Source: Brevinema andersonii (GTDB lineage Bacteria > Spirochaetota > DYKD01). From it: a stretch of 64,000 nucleotides of DNA. A program made the position numbers and the translations under genes. This document shows positions 18,506 to 27,894 of this stretch, one piece after another. The notes under the pieces were generated by a model. That model saw only the letters and a list, made by a program, of their open reading frames with translations. It had not been told where the DNA came from and did no database searches. The stretch spans positions 6,327 to 70,326 of the forward strand of contig DYKD01000005.1 in NCBI GenBank assembly GCA_020722765.1. The letters are read 5' to 3'. Each line of letters starts with the position of its first letter. Positions within the stretch are counted from its first letter, which is position 1.

Positions 18506-20596
18506 ATGAGAATTTTTAGTTTGATGGTTTTTAATCTCTTGCTTATTGGCACCTTGTTTGCCCAGACAGCTCAAAATATAAGTGTCAATAATTCAGTCCG
18601 TGGTTACAATACAATAAGTTTTTCACCAGCACCATCAGTTTCCCCAATGTGGTACAAGGTCTATTCTTCTCCCAATCCCATTATGAGTGTGGATGCAAGC
18701 GGTGTCAGATGTCTATCAGATCACTTTTTGGATTTATATCGTGATGGACAAGGGATTGGTGGATGGACAACAACATTTATGAGTGTTTCTGAGGTTTCTG
18801 GAGATGTCAATTCAGGAACTCATGCGATTAAGGCGACAAGTAGCGGTAATTATCAATTGTTTGCTTTTAACTGGAACAAATACATGGGGTCTGACAATGC
18901 TTCAGAGGCTACATCGCTTATCATGTATATTAAAAGATTGTCAGGTGCGACATCAGTCAAGGTGAGACTTAATTTCGTAAAAAATAATTATCAGACTTCA
19001 AATGTGACGATTTCGGGATTGACAACCTCATGGAAAAAGTATGAAATTCCGATTACAAGTTTTTCACAGGGTTGGGGGATGGCGAATTTAAAGACAAATT
19101 TAAAAACCTTAAAAGAGTTAGCAGTCATGTTTGATTCGGCGTCAGTCATCTCTTTTGATGATGTATCACTGTCTAAGGCGGTATTGACAAATTCACTTTC
19201 ATTCACCTATGGGGATCCGGCTTATGGTGTTGGCCTTGATTCGAGCGAAGGTCAATATTTCGCTGTCACTCATGTCTCGAATAACTTAGGTGAAAACAAG
19301 ACGATAGTTGCAGGGCAAAATTCCACTGTGAGTTCATACGCAAATACTCCAGTGAAAACTATTTTAGGTTTAAAAGGAGGGCTTGTTGTTGCTGAAAATG
19401 TTCCTCCTTACTGGGCTGAGGCGTCTTATTCATCAGCGGATTATATACGTATGCCTATTGATACTGATAATAATGGAGATTTTGATGTTAATCCAGGTCT
19501 TTCTGTCTCTGTCTCCAATTCTTTTGATGGTGATGGGGCCATGGCGATCTCTTATCATTCAAGTGAATGGGCTACTACAGGTATTGGGGATACCATCAGC
19601 ATAGTAAATGGGAAGGATATCTCCTTATATGATACGTTGGTATTTTGGGTAAAGGGGTTATACCTTGATTCAGAGAATTGGACTTCACCGGCAAGTGACG
19701 CTGTTCCTGCGTATAATGTCATGGAATTAAGTTTGCAGACACGGAAGCCAAGTCTTCTATCTCCATACTATATTTCTCTAAACGGGTTGACATCTGAATG
19801 GCAAAAGATATCGATTCCATTTTCAGCATTCGGTAATCCCTATCTCGGTATGGATTCATTCCAATTCTTGGTATTTAAATTTGCGGCGTATACAAAAGGG
19901 ACATTTCTGATTGATAAGATTATGGTTGAGAAAAACGGAGCCTCTCCCTCTTTTGAAGAGGCCTTTCAGGTGCTATCCGTTTATCCCAATGATGGAGCTA
20001 TGAATGTATCCTCAAAGTCGAAGATTTCAGTCCGTTTTAATCATCCTATAAGGAGTATGGGTTCTGGAATCAAGATACGTGAAGTGGCAATAACGAATAA
20101 TGTTACTAGAATAAGCAACGGTTTCACATTTAATCCGGATGCTACCATGGTGTCTGTTGACTTTGCATCTATGGATTTGCTTTTAAAGTCCGGGGTTGAG
20201 TATGAAGTTGAGGTTATGGCTGATATTATGGATGCCACGGGAAGTCCGTTAGGAACATCTTTTAAGTATCGTTTTACTGTGTCTGATGTGCTTGAGATTG
20301 GGGAAATCTCTTTTTCAGCCAATCCTTTCAATCCGGAATTGACGACGGACAATTATCTTTCTGTATTTGTATCTGATCCTGTCGCTGAAATCAAGGCTGT
20401 CTTATTTTCTCCCTCAGGGTCACCTGTCATTGTTTATGACGAAGAGAATTCCACTAAAGGGACTTCCACAGAGAAGAAGATCAAAATTACTGGAAAAAAT
20501 GCAGGGGGAGACTTTTTATCCCCTGGGCTATACATAGTACAGCTTGATGTGAATAAAGGTAAGAAGAAAGAGTATAAGACTCTGGTCATCAAATAA
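18506..20596 (+). CDS. secreted multidomain glycan-binding protein with T9SS type-A C-terminal sorting domain
   Basis: Signal peptide (MRIFSLMVFNLLLIGTLFAQ). Several CBM-like beta-sandwich segments. C-terminus 'NPFNPE...LSVFVSDPVAEIKAVLFSPSGSPVIVYDEE...GGDFLSPGLYIVQLDVN' matches the Por/T9SS CTD pattern. Start ATG 18506 with GGAGG RBS. Confidence 0.65.
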   Translation: MRIFSLMVFNLLLIGTLFAQTAQNISVNNSVRGYNTISFSPAPSVSPMWYKVYSSPNPIMSVDASGVRCLSDHFLDLYRDGQGIGGWTTTFMSVSEVSGDVNSGTHAIKATSSGNYQLFAFNWNKYMGSDNASEATSLIMYIKRLSGATSVKVRLNFVKNNYQTSNVTISGLTTSWKKYEIPITSFSQGWGMANLKTNLKTLKELAVMFDSASVISFDDVSLSKAVLTNSLSFTYGDPAYGVGLDSSEGQYFAVTHVSNNLGENKTIVAGQNSTVSSYANTPVKTILGLKGGLVVAENVPPYWAEASYSSADYIRMPIDTDNNGDFDVNPGLSVSVSNSFDGDGAMAISYHSSEWATTGIGDTISIVNGKDISLYDTLVFWVKGLYLDSENWTSPASDAVPAYNVMELSLQTRKPSLLSPYYISLNGLTSEWQKISIPFSAFGNPYLGMDSFQFLVFKFAAYTKGTFLIDKIMVEKNGASPSFEEAFQVLSVYPNDGAMNVSSKSKISVRFNHPIRSMGSGIKIREVAITNNVTRISNGFTFNPDATMVSVDFASMDLLLKSGVEYEVEVMADIMDATGSPLGTSFKYRFTVSDVLEIGEISFSANPFNPELTTDNYLSVFVSDPVAEIKAVLFSPSGSPVIVYDEENSTKGTSTEKKIKITGKNAGGDFLSPGLYIVQLDVNKGKKKEYKTLVIK

Positions 20597-20613
20597 TAAA
20601 GAGGAGTCAACTG

Positions 20614-21531
20614 ATGTTAAAAAAAATTCTGATTATTTCCTTGATCGTTTATGGGACTATGGCTTCAGGCGATGTATTTGTGGATAAAGGTGTTGGAGCT
20701 GCTTCTATCGCCATGGGAGGGCAATCGGTCGCAGTAGGGCAGGATATTTTTGCCCTGTATTGGAATCCTGGTGCTTTAGGTTTTTTAGAGGGGAACAGTA
20801 TTGGCGGTATGTATTCATATCGCTATGGACTCTCAGATATGGTCCACCAATTCATTGCGTCTGCTCTCTCGTATAATTTTATACAGGATAAATCCAAGTT
20901 TATTTTGGCTGCTGGCTATGAATCATTTGGAAGTGGGACTATTTACAACGAGGGTGTTTTGACTGGTACTGTAGTTTTTAACTTGAAAGGGAAATATTCC
21001 GCAGGATTAGCCATGAAATATATGCGATTAAGCGTAGGTGAGGATATTTCAACTTATGGTTTTGCGACCGACTTTGGAATTGATCTGCAATTAGGAGGGA
21101 TAGTATTTGTCGGGTATTCTGCAAAGAATCTCATTTCAACTCATTTGAAATATGATGGAACTGTTGGGACAACCCCCTTTGCCCGTGAGATTGTTTTGCC
21201 AATCAAGCATAAGGTGGGTATTGGGTTAAGTAAACAAAAAATCGGTAAAATAGAACTGGGAACTGATCTCCAATCTTTTAATATTGGGACGGAGCTGTCT
21301 ATACTTTCTTTTTTGAAAGGAAGATATGGTTTTTCAATAGATTTTGGTTCCATTACTGATTTGGATAGTTCTTCTATGCGTCGTATGGAACATGATTTCG
21401 GATTAGGTTTTAACGCCGGAAGGGTTAAGTTTGATTATTCTGTTTCCCTTGAAAGTGATTTGCCTTTGACCCATTTCTTTTCTGTGTCTGCGGTCTTTGG
21501 CAGCCCTAAGATTTTGAATGCATCTAATTAA
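20614..21531 (+). CDS. outer-membrane beta-barrel protein, FadL/PorV/PorQ-like (paralog a)
   Basis: Signal peptide. N-terminal 'GAASIAMGGQSVAVGQDIFALYWNPGALGF' signature of PorV/PorQ/UPF0164-type barrels. Alternating-hydrophobic strands. Lies directly downstream of a CTD cargo gene. Confidence 0.6.
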   Translation: MLKKILIISLIVYGTMASGDVFVDKGVGAASIAMGGQSVAVGQDIFALYWNPGALGFLEGNSIGGMYSYRYGLSDMVHQFIASALSYNFIQDKSKFILAAGYESFGSGTIYNEGVLTGTVVFNLKGKYSAGLAMKYMRLSVGEDISTYGFATDFGIDLQLGGIVFVGYSAKNLISTHLKYDGTVGTTPFAREIVLPIKHKVGIGLSKQKIGKIELGTDLQSFNIGTELSILSFLKGRYGFSIDFGSITDLDSSSMRRMEHDFGLGFNAGRVKFDYSVSLESDLPLTHFFSVSAVFGSPKILNASN

Positions 21532-21549
21532 TTTCATCAGGAGTTGTAT

Positions 21550-24453
21550 ATGTTAATCAGAAATAAATTAACTTTATTTGTTATAACGGTTTTCTTTTTC
21601 TTAGGAATTTCGGGTAATATACTGCTTAATGCACAGGAAGATGAAGAGACAGAGACTACAAAAGTTGAAACTGTGAAGAAGACTCCCAAACCTGCGGCAG
21701 ATGAGGAAGAGGCTGTTGTAGAGAAGCCGGCCAAAAAAGTGAAGAAGGCTCCTAAACCTGCAGTAGATGAGGAAGAATCAGATGAGGAAGAAGCTGTTGT
21801 TGAGAAGCCAGCAAAAAAAGTGAAGAAGGTTTCAAAACCAGTAGCAGATGAAGAAGAGTCAGATGAGGAAGAGGCTGTTGTTGAGAAGCCAGCAAAAAAA
21901 GTGAAGAAGGTTTCAAAACCTGCGGCAGATGAGGAAGAATTAGATGAGGAAGAGGCTGTTGTAGAGAAGCCGGCCAAAAAGGTGAAGAAGGTTTCAAAAC
22001 CTGCGGCAGATGAGGAAGAATTAGATGAGGAAGAGGCTGTTGTAGAGAAGCCGGCCAAAAAGGTGAAGAAGGTTTCAAAACCTGCGGCAGATGAGGAAGA
22101 ATTAGATGAGGAAGAGGCTGTTATTGAGAAGCCAGCTAAAAAGGTCAAGAAGGATCCAAAACAAGAAACTGCTGATGAAGAATTTGATAGTTCAAATGCT
22201 GGGCCTATATTGGAATTGGATGGGGAGGGGGGACAAATAGACCAAAGTATTACAGATGATAGTGATATAATTATTGAAGAGGAAATGATAAAAACTCCTG
22301 ATACAAAGCAGGATTCATCAACTTCAGCTAAAAAGAAGAAGCTCGTTAAAAAAACAAAAGAAAAAAAGGAGGCTTTTGGCAAGTTAGAGACTTTTGAAGA
22401 AGAACTGGGTTGGGATTATTGGTTTGGATCCGGGAATGACAGCCGTTTTAAACATGAACGAACCAAAAAAGATTCTTATGCTGGAAAATATTCATTATAT
22501 ATGGAATATGAGGTGGGGCTGAACTCTGCGGAGAATTGGATTCAAGCTGTAAGGAATTTTTCAAAGCCGTATAATATGTCTGGGAATAGAAGTCTTGTTT
22601 TTTGGCTGAAATCATCTGGAAAAGGTGGGACTTTGTCTGTAACTCTGACGAGTGCAGGAAAGTCCTATGTTTTTATGGACCATTTTGTATTATATAATCC
22701 GAATGGATGGGTAAAAGTAACTGTCCCGCTTACGGCTGCAATGAATGAGATCGATTTAAGTGCTGTTATGGGATATTCGATTGCTTTTCACGCGGGAATA
22801 CCAGTATCTGCCCTCAAAGAACAAAAAACTGCTGGATTGATTTATCCCATAAAATCAATACCCTTTAGGAATTTTCTATATATAGATGAGGTTTCTCTGG
22901 AAAAAGGAGGGAATAATTCTATTGATCCAGGGAAAATGACTGTTGACTATTCAGGCTCATTGAATGTTGCCTACAATAATAATGAATATACAGAGCCGAA
23001 TATGACATCACAATTGGCTGTGGATATTGCCCTCAATGCTGAAAAGTATGCTATTAATGCGAATCTCTCAGTCCCTGTCTCCTTTCCAGCGGAATACTTG
23101 CCTGGAACTTATGGGGATGAAGTCAGAATGCAGACTTATGATTTTACTTCTAAACAGTGGGATTGGAATTATGCCAGACCCATTTATGTCTATTCTTTGA
23201 ATGCTTCTCTTAATAAATTGAAGCCTTTTATTGACAGTATCATGTTTGGGAATTTATCTTTGGATTATGATACCCTTGCTGTTGGTGCTGTTTATAATCA
23301 AAATGGTGTAAATGCTAAGGGGACATTTCCTGATGCCTTTAAATATAGTACTTTTTATGCTAGCCAAAAGAGTGGCGGATATTCGATCGGGGGAATGGTT
23401 TCCCCCCTGTTGACACAAAAAATCCCTGGCTTGGAAATAACAACCGTTTTTCTGAATGATACGCGGAAAGGGAGGATTGTATCAGAGGATAACACTTTTC
23501 AATCGAGGGTTTATAAGAATTTCCAGAATTATGGCATTCATGGTGTTGAACGGATCAAGAATAGCAAGAAAAATAAAAAAATTGATGAGATTGTCTTAGA
23601 AGCTGCTTATTATCTTTCTTCAGAGGATAATATGGGGACTGCACTCCTTAGTCCGGATTATAGCAGGGAGGAGAATTTTGTTCCAGGCTATGTCTATCAA
23701 GGGAAAACGAATGACAGGCTTCTTACAGAAGATAATGCTTACAGGTTTGCATTGGTTTTTAACGGTATTGGCGGTCTCAACTTGAACCAGAAATTTGAGT
23801 TCAGAAAGATCGGGGCGAACTATATGGGCGTTGATACCAATACTTTGGCATGGCTTCCCTTTTTGGAATATAATGTAGGTAATAAGTTGCATGCGGAAGT
23901 TCAGGAAAATTCTGATATTTTGATAAAGTCCTATTGGAGAGATCAGTTTGGTGCTTTTTCAGAGACAAAGTTCACTATACAGAATCTTGATTTAAGTTGC
24001 CGTTTTGATTATGGTAGGCAGGATTCACGCCCAGAATATAGGTTTAAGAATATATCGGCTTCGGCAGGATATGGGCTTTATAAGTTCTATCTTTCATACG
24101 ATTTTGACTTGAGAAATTTCGAGAATATCAATTTCACTCCGGAAAATGAGAAAGGGCTTGCGCATGAACTGGGACTCCATTTCATGTTGGACAACAATAC
24201 TCTCATTAAAACAGCTTATGGTCTGTTCGATTACACTGAAAATGATTCTGTTGTCTATGATAATCAGACTTTTTATGTATATTTCAGCCATAGGATTTTA
24301 GCGAATATCGTCCTTTCAGGTGTTGCAAAGAATGTGATAGCGAATGCCCAGGAATCTGTACCTTCTATGATTTTGACAGGCAAAGAGAATTATCTTAAAG
24401 GTTCTATAGAGACCTATTCTTATTATAATCTGTTTCTCACTATAGCGTTTTAA
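21550..24453 (+). CDS. large outer-membrane protein: signal peptide + acidic/basic 27-aa tandem-repeat linker + CBM-like domain + C-terminal beta-barrel ending in Phe
   Basis: Repeat 'EKPAKKVKKVSKPAADEEELDEEEAVV' about 5.5 times. 'YAGKYSLYMEYEV...VFWLKSSGKGGTLSVTLTSAG' CBM-like domain. Last 500 aa show amphipathic beta-strand periodicity and a terminal '...YYNLFLTIAF' (C-terminal Phe typical of OMPs). ATG 21550 with AGGAG RBS. Confidence 0.55.
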   Translation: MLIRNKLTLFVITVFFFLGISGNILLNAQEDEETETTKVETVKKTPKPAADEEEAVVEKPAKKVKKAPKPAVDEEESDEEEAVVEKPAKKVKKVSKPVADEEESDEEEAVVEKPAKKVKKVSKPAADEEELDEEEAVVEKPAKKVKKVSKPAADEEELDEEEAVVEKPAKKVKKVSKPAADEEELDEEEAVIEKPAKKVKKDPKQETADEEFDSSNAGPILELDGEGGQIDQSITDDSDIIIEEEMIKTPDTKQDSSTSAKKKKLVKKTKEKKEAFGKLETFEEELGWDYWFGSGNDSRFKHERTKKDSYAGKYSLYMEYEVGLNSAENWIQAVRNFSKPYNMSGNRSLVFWLKSSGKGGTLSVTLTSAGKSYVFMDHFVLYNPNGWVKVTVPLTAAMNEIDLSAVMGYSIAFHAGIPVSALKEQKTAGLIYPIKSIPFRNFLYIDEVSLEKGGNNSIDPGKMTVDYSGSLNVAYNNNEYTEPNMTSQLAVDIALNAEKYAINANLSVPVSFPAEYLPGTYGDEVRMQTYDFTSKQWDWNYARPIYVYSLNASLNKLKPFIDSIMFGNLSLDYDTLAVGAVYNQNGVNAKGTFPDAFKYSTFYASQKSGGYSIGGMVSPLLTQKIPGLEITTVFLNDTRKGRIVSEDNTFQSRVYKNFQNYGIHGVERIKNSKKNKKIDEIVLEAAYYLSSEDNMGTALLSPDYSREENFVPGYVYQGKTNDRLLTEDNAYRFALVFNGIGGLNLNQKFEFRKIGANYMGVDTNTLAWLPFLEYNVGNKLHAEVQENSDILIKSYWRDQFGAFSETKFTIQNLDLSCRFDYGRQDSRPEYRFKNISASAGYGLYKFYLSYDFDLRNFENINFTPENEKGLAHELGLHFMLDNNTLIKTAYGLFDYTENDSVVYDNQTFYVYFSHRILANIVLSGVAKNVIANAQESVPSMILTGKENYLKGSIETYSYYNLFLTIAF
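21670..22160 (+). repeat. 81-bp tandem repeat array (five full units 21721-22125 plus partial flanking units) inside the 969-aa ORF
   Basis: Units at 21721, 21802, 21883, 21964, 22045. Units 4 and 5 are identical except for the last 3 nt. In-frame (27 codons per unit). The antisense 281-aa Ser-rich ORF (21537-22382) is an artefact of this repeat. Confidence 0.9.
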
Positions 24454-24474
24454 TCGTAGCATGAGGAGATTGCC

Positions 24475-27186
24475 ATGACCCGTAAAATCCCGGTTGCTCT
24501 CTTTTCCTTGGTTCTGTCTTTAACTTTCTTCTGTTTGAATGATATGTATGCCCAAGATGATGACTTTAGCGGGTTAAACCGATATCGTTTATCAGATTTT
24601 AACGGCAGTTTGCAAGGTTGGTTTGTTGCCAAGGAATCAGAGAGTAAAATTGTCAATGTCATGATTGCCAAACCGAATGATGTTTTTTCAGATCCTGCAG
24701 ACAGGGTTGGCAGAGGAAATGGCGTTCTCAAGCTGGATTTAAAATATGGTGTTTCTTCCTGGGAATCTGGGATGATAAAAATGCATCCTTTCGAAGCGGA
24801 TTGGTCGAAGGTGGTCGCTATTCAGTTCGATGTCTACCTTGAGGAGGGAGGTCCCAATTTATTTGCCACTCCTTTTATCATGTCTGACCAGTGGTCGAAG
24901 TGGTCACAGGATAAGAAACAGACGCCACTTACTGGAGGGGAGTGGGTGACTGTCACTTATCTTCTCAAAGATCAGGAAAATATCGATGCCACTAAGATCA
25001 GTGCCCTCGGTTTGTTGATTTGGGGTCCCATTGCTTCTCCTTACGAAGGTTCTGTATATGTTGATAATATTGTCCTCATTTCAAAAGGGGAAATGTATGC
25101 CAAGCCTGTTCTTCCTACATTGGCAATCAAGTCGAAAAAGAATATAAAAATTACAATTGACCCTTCCAAAACAGGTGGTGAAGTCAGCTCCAATCTGATT
25201 TCGCTTAATTTTGGTGGTAACATGAGTGGTGATGAACGTCTCTTGAAATATTTGAAATATGCAGGTCCTGGCGGACTTTTCAGGAGTTGGTCTTTTGGTG
25301 ATTATGGGAATCAGATGCAGGCTGTCAATCCTTCAAAAGGAAAATATAATTGGAAAGAATATGATGCTTATATAAAGGACGTCATGAATGCTGGCTGGAA
25401 ACCTTTGATTACATTGGGGGAATGCCCCTTTTGGAATGCTCCCAAGGATAGTAGCGGGAAGCCAAATGTGAAAGGACCCCCGCTAAGTTTTGAAGCATGG
25501 GCGCAGATGGCAGCAGATTTTGTTTTCCATTATAATAAGGAGCTGGGGTTAGGGATCAAATATTGGGAAATTTGGAACGAGCCTGATTTGAGCATGTTCT
25601 GGCAAGGGACTGAAGCAGAATATAACCAGTTGGTTAAACTGGCATCTGAAGCTATGAAAAAGGTGGATCCCTCAATCACAATTTTAGCAGGGGCATGGGC
25701 AAACCCTTGGTCGATTTCAGCACGTGTGAAATCGTTATTGCGGGAGGCTCCCAAAGTGGATGTCGTTTCTTATCATAACTATCTGACTTCTCCCAAATCA
25801 AAAGAGCAGGTGATTTTCAAGAAAATCCCAACTTTGGAAGCCCCTGTTTATAAGAACAATCTGTTTTTGAAGGATATTGCCAAAGAGTTGCAATTATCAA
25901 AAGTCCCTTCCATGATGGTTTCTGAGATGAATATCACTGCGGATATTAATTATGACCCAAGGATCGAAACCATGTTATATGCCATGTATTGGGGATCGGC
26001 GTTATATCATTATGTCCATCAAAATTTGGATGCAGCAGTCTATTTTGATTTTGCAAATTTCAGCTTCGGTTTGATAGGACACAAAGCCAGACCTGTTTAT
26101 TATGTTTTCCCTTTGTTGATGAAGAAAGCCATGTTCCCTGGTTCTAAGTGGCTCAAAGTGGATGGGGAAGCGATTGATTTGAAGGTTTTGGCTCTGAAGA
26201 AGGATAATTACCTTAATATTGTTGTTCTTAACACATCGCAAGAGAATGTCCAATATGATGTTTCGTTTGATATTTTGAATCCGCCGGCAATTTCAGAATT
26301 CTATCTCTATAGGTTGGATGACAAGAATACTGGTGAAAAAACAATTGGAAAAGTACCGTATACTCCCGGTATGAAATTATCGTGTCCTCCCTATAGCATT
26401 TCCGTCCTCAAAGGAAAAGTTAATCCTGAAGGTAAATGGCCTGTCTTGGCTAAATATACTCCTGCGCCTTCTCTGGGAGCTTTGGGATTGGCCTCTTCTG
26501 GGCAATTCGTATTTAATGGTGAAAAAGCCATGTTTTCTTTGGCTAAGACACCTGTTAAACTCGATGGTAGTTTAGTTGAATATGCTTCATGCCAACCGAT
26601 AAAAGTTGGCAATGCGAAGAAAGTGACTGTCGGAAAAGATGTTTGGCAAGGAACATCAGATGCCAGTGCTGAGTTCTTTTTGATGTATGATGCTAAGAAT
26701 CTCTATGTGGCTGGGCATGTAGCTGATGATGTCGCCCTATTGAATAATCAGACGGAAAAGAATGATGTTTGGAATGGGGATGGTATTGAATTCTTGATTG
26801 GTACAAAGTACAATCATAATTCGAGAGATGAACGCGGTGAATATGATTACCAGTTATTCCTTATCCCTGCTTTTAATGATAAGGGGAGTGGGGTGAGAAC
26901 CATGCTGTATTCCGCATTTGGTCAGGGAACGGGTATCAGATCGCGCGAGTTGCTTGATAGCGCCATGTCAATAAAAAGGACTGGGACAGGGTATGATTTT
27001 GAGGCCAGAATCTCCATCAAAAACTTTCCTGAGTTAGCTTCGTTCAAATCTGGTGATGAATTCAGATTCGATATCGGATTAAACGATGCGGATGTTGAAA
27101 TACGAGATGTACAGTTGTATTGGAACGCTGAAGATGGTGGAGCTTGGAATAATCCGGATTTCTGGGGCGTTGCTAAACTGAAGTGA
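24475..27186 (+). CDS. clan GH-A glycoside hydrolase (GH39/GH5-like) with N-terminal CBM-like domain and C-terminal CBM9-like domain, secreted (paralog a)
   Basis: 'YWEIWNEPD' acid/base motif and 'ILAGAWANP...VVSYHNY' pattern. C-terminal 'WQGTSDASAEFFLMYDAKNLYVAGHVADD...DGIEFLIG' CBM9-like. Signal peptide. Confidence 0.65.
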   Translation: MTRKIPVALFSLVLSLTFFCLNDMYAQDDDFSGLNRYRLSDFNGSLQGWFVAKESESKIVNVMIAKPNDVFSDPADRVGRGNGVLKLDLKYGVSSWESGMIKMHPFEADWSKVVAIQFDVYLEEGGPNLFATPFIMSDQWSKWSQDKKQTPLTGGEWVTVTYLLKDQENIDATKISALGLLIWGPIASPYEGSVYVDNIVLISKGEMYAKPVLPTLAIKSKKNIKITIDPSKTGGEVSSNLISLNFGGNMSGDERLLKYLKYAGPGGLFRSWSFGDYGNQMQAVNPSKGKYNWKEYDAYIKDVMNAGWKPLITLGECPFWNAPKDSSGKPNVKGPPLSFEAWAQMAADFVFHYNKELGLGIKYWEIWNEPDLSMFWQGTEAEYNQLVKLASEAMKKVDPSITILAGAWANPWSISARVKSLLREAPKVDVVSYHNYLTSPKSKEQVIFKKIPTLEAPVYKNNLFLKDIAKELQLSKVPSMMVSEMNITADINYDPRIETMLYAMYWGSALYHYVHQNLDAAVYFDFANFSFGLIGHKARPVYYVFPLLMKKAMFPGSKWLKVDGEAIDLKVLALKKDNYLNIVVLNTSQENVQYDVSFDILNPPAISEFYLYRLDDKNTGEKTIGKVPYTPGMKLSCPPYSISVLKGKVNPEGKWPVLAKYTPAPSLGALGLASSGQFVFNGEKAMFSLAKTPVKLDGSLVEYASCQPIKVGNAKKVTVGKDVWQGTSDASAEFFLMYDAKNLYVAGHVADDVALLNNQTEKNDVWNGDGIEFLIGTKYNHNSRDERGEYDYQLFLIPAFNDKGSGVRTMLYSAFGQGTGIRSRELLDSAMSIKRTGTGYDFEARISIKNFPELASFKSGDEFRFDIGLNDADVEIRDVQLYWNAEDGGAWNNPDFWGVAKLK

Positions 27187-27200
27187 ATTGCGGAGGTGCT

Positions 27201-27866
27201 ATGATGAGAAAATTAGTTCTACTCATATCTTGTGTGATGTTTATGTCTGGCTTTTTGTTGGCAGAGGAAGTCTCTTTTGACGGAGAATGGCCTCATTCCT
27301 GGTTTGGGGCTGGATCCGCGATCAAGGTTTATCAGACGAATACTCATATTTTTGTCAATCAAAATGAGGCCTATCAAGGAGCATCATTGAACATTTTGGA
27401 TTTGGTTCTGTTTGAAAACTCTTCCCCTTCTAAATCAGATTGTTTGGTTCTTCGCTGGATTTTTGATCCTGAAGCTCAAGCAGGTAATACTTGGACTGTG
27501 GCTGTTGTCGCACAACCAAGCTGGACTTTGTTTGATATTGATGGCATGAAATACCTCTCTTTCATGATCAAGGCAAATGTGGAAGGCTTGAATATGGAAG
27601 TATCCATCAGAGATAAGGATGACGCTAAAGCCAGTGCCGGGTGTTTGAATAAATATGTCAAAGATGGCGTAGTCGGAACAGAATGGAAGAAGGTTGTCAT
27701 CCCTCTTGAGGAATCCTATTTTTCCGGGCTTTCTTCCCTTAAAACTGAACAGATTCGGGCCATTGCCTTTGAAGATAATGGGAATTGCAGGTCTGATGTC
27801 GAAGCTGTCCAAAAAGATTGTATTTTGTACATTGATAATCTTGCATTTAAAAAGAAGTTGAAGTGA
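27201..27866 (+). CDS. small secreted CBM-like beta-sandwich protein
   Basis: Signal peptide. 'TWTVAVVAQPSW...VEGLNMEVSIRDKD...ILYIDNLAF' resembles non-catalytic carbohydrate-binding modules. ATG 27201 with GGAGGTG RBS. Confidence 0.5.
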   Translation: MMRKLVLLISCVMFMSGFLLAEEVSFDGEWPHSWFGAGSAIKVYQTNTHIFVNQNEAYQGASLNILDLVLFENSSPSKSDCLVLRWIFDPEAQAGNTWTVAVVAQPSWTLFDIDGMKYLSFMIKANVEGLNMEVSIRDKDDAKASAGCLNKYVKDGVVGTEWKKVVIPLEESYFSGLSSLKTEQIRAIAFEDNGNCRSDVEAVQKDCILYIDNLAFKKKLK

Positions 27867-27894
27867 TTTTTTATATTTTAGTTTTGGGTATTTT

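Noticed and set aside
21537-22382. 281-aa Ser-rich ORF on the minus strand
   Set aside because: It is exactly antisense to the 81-bp tandem repeat of the 969-aa gene. Its low complexity and lack of a start context are explained by the repeat. It is not a gene.
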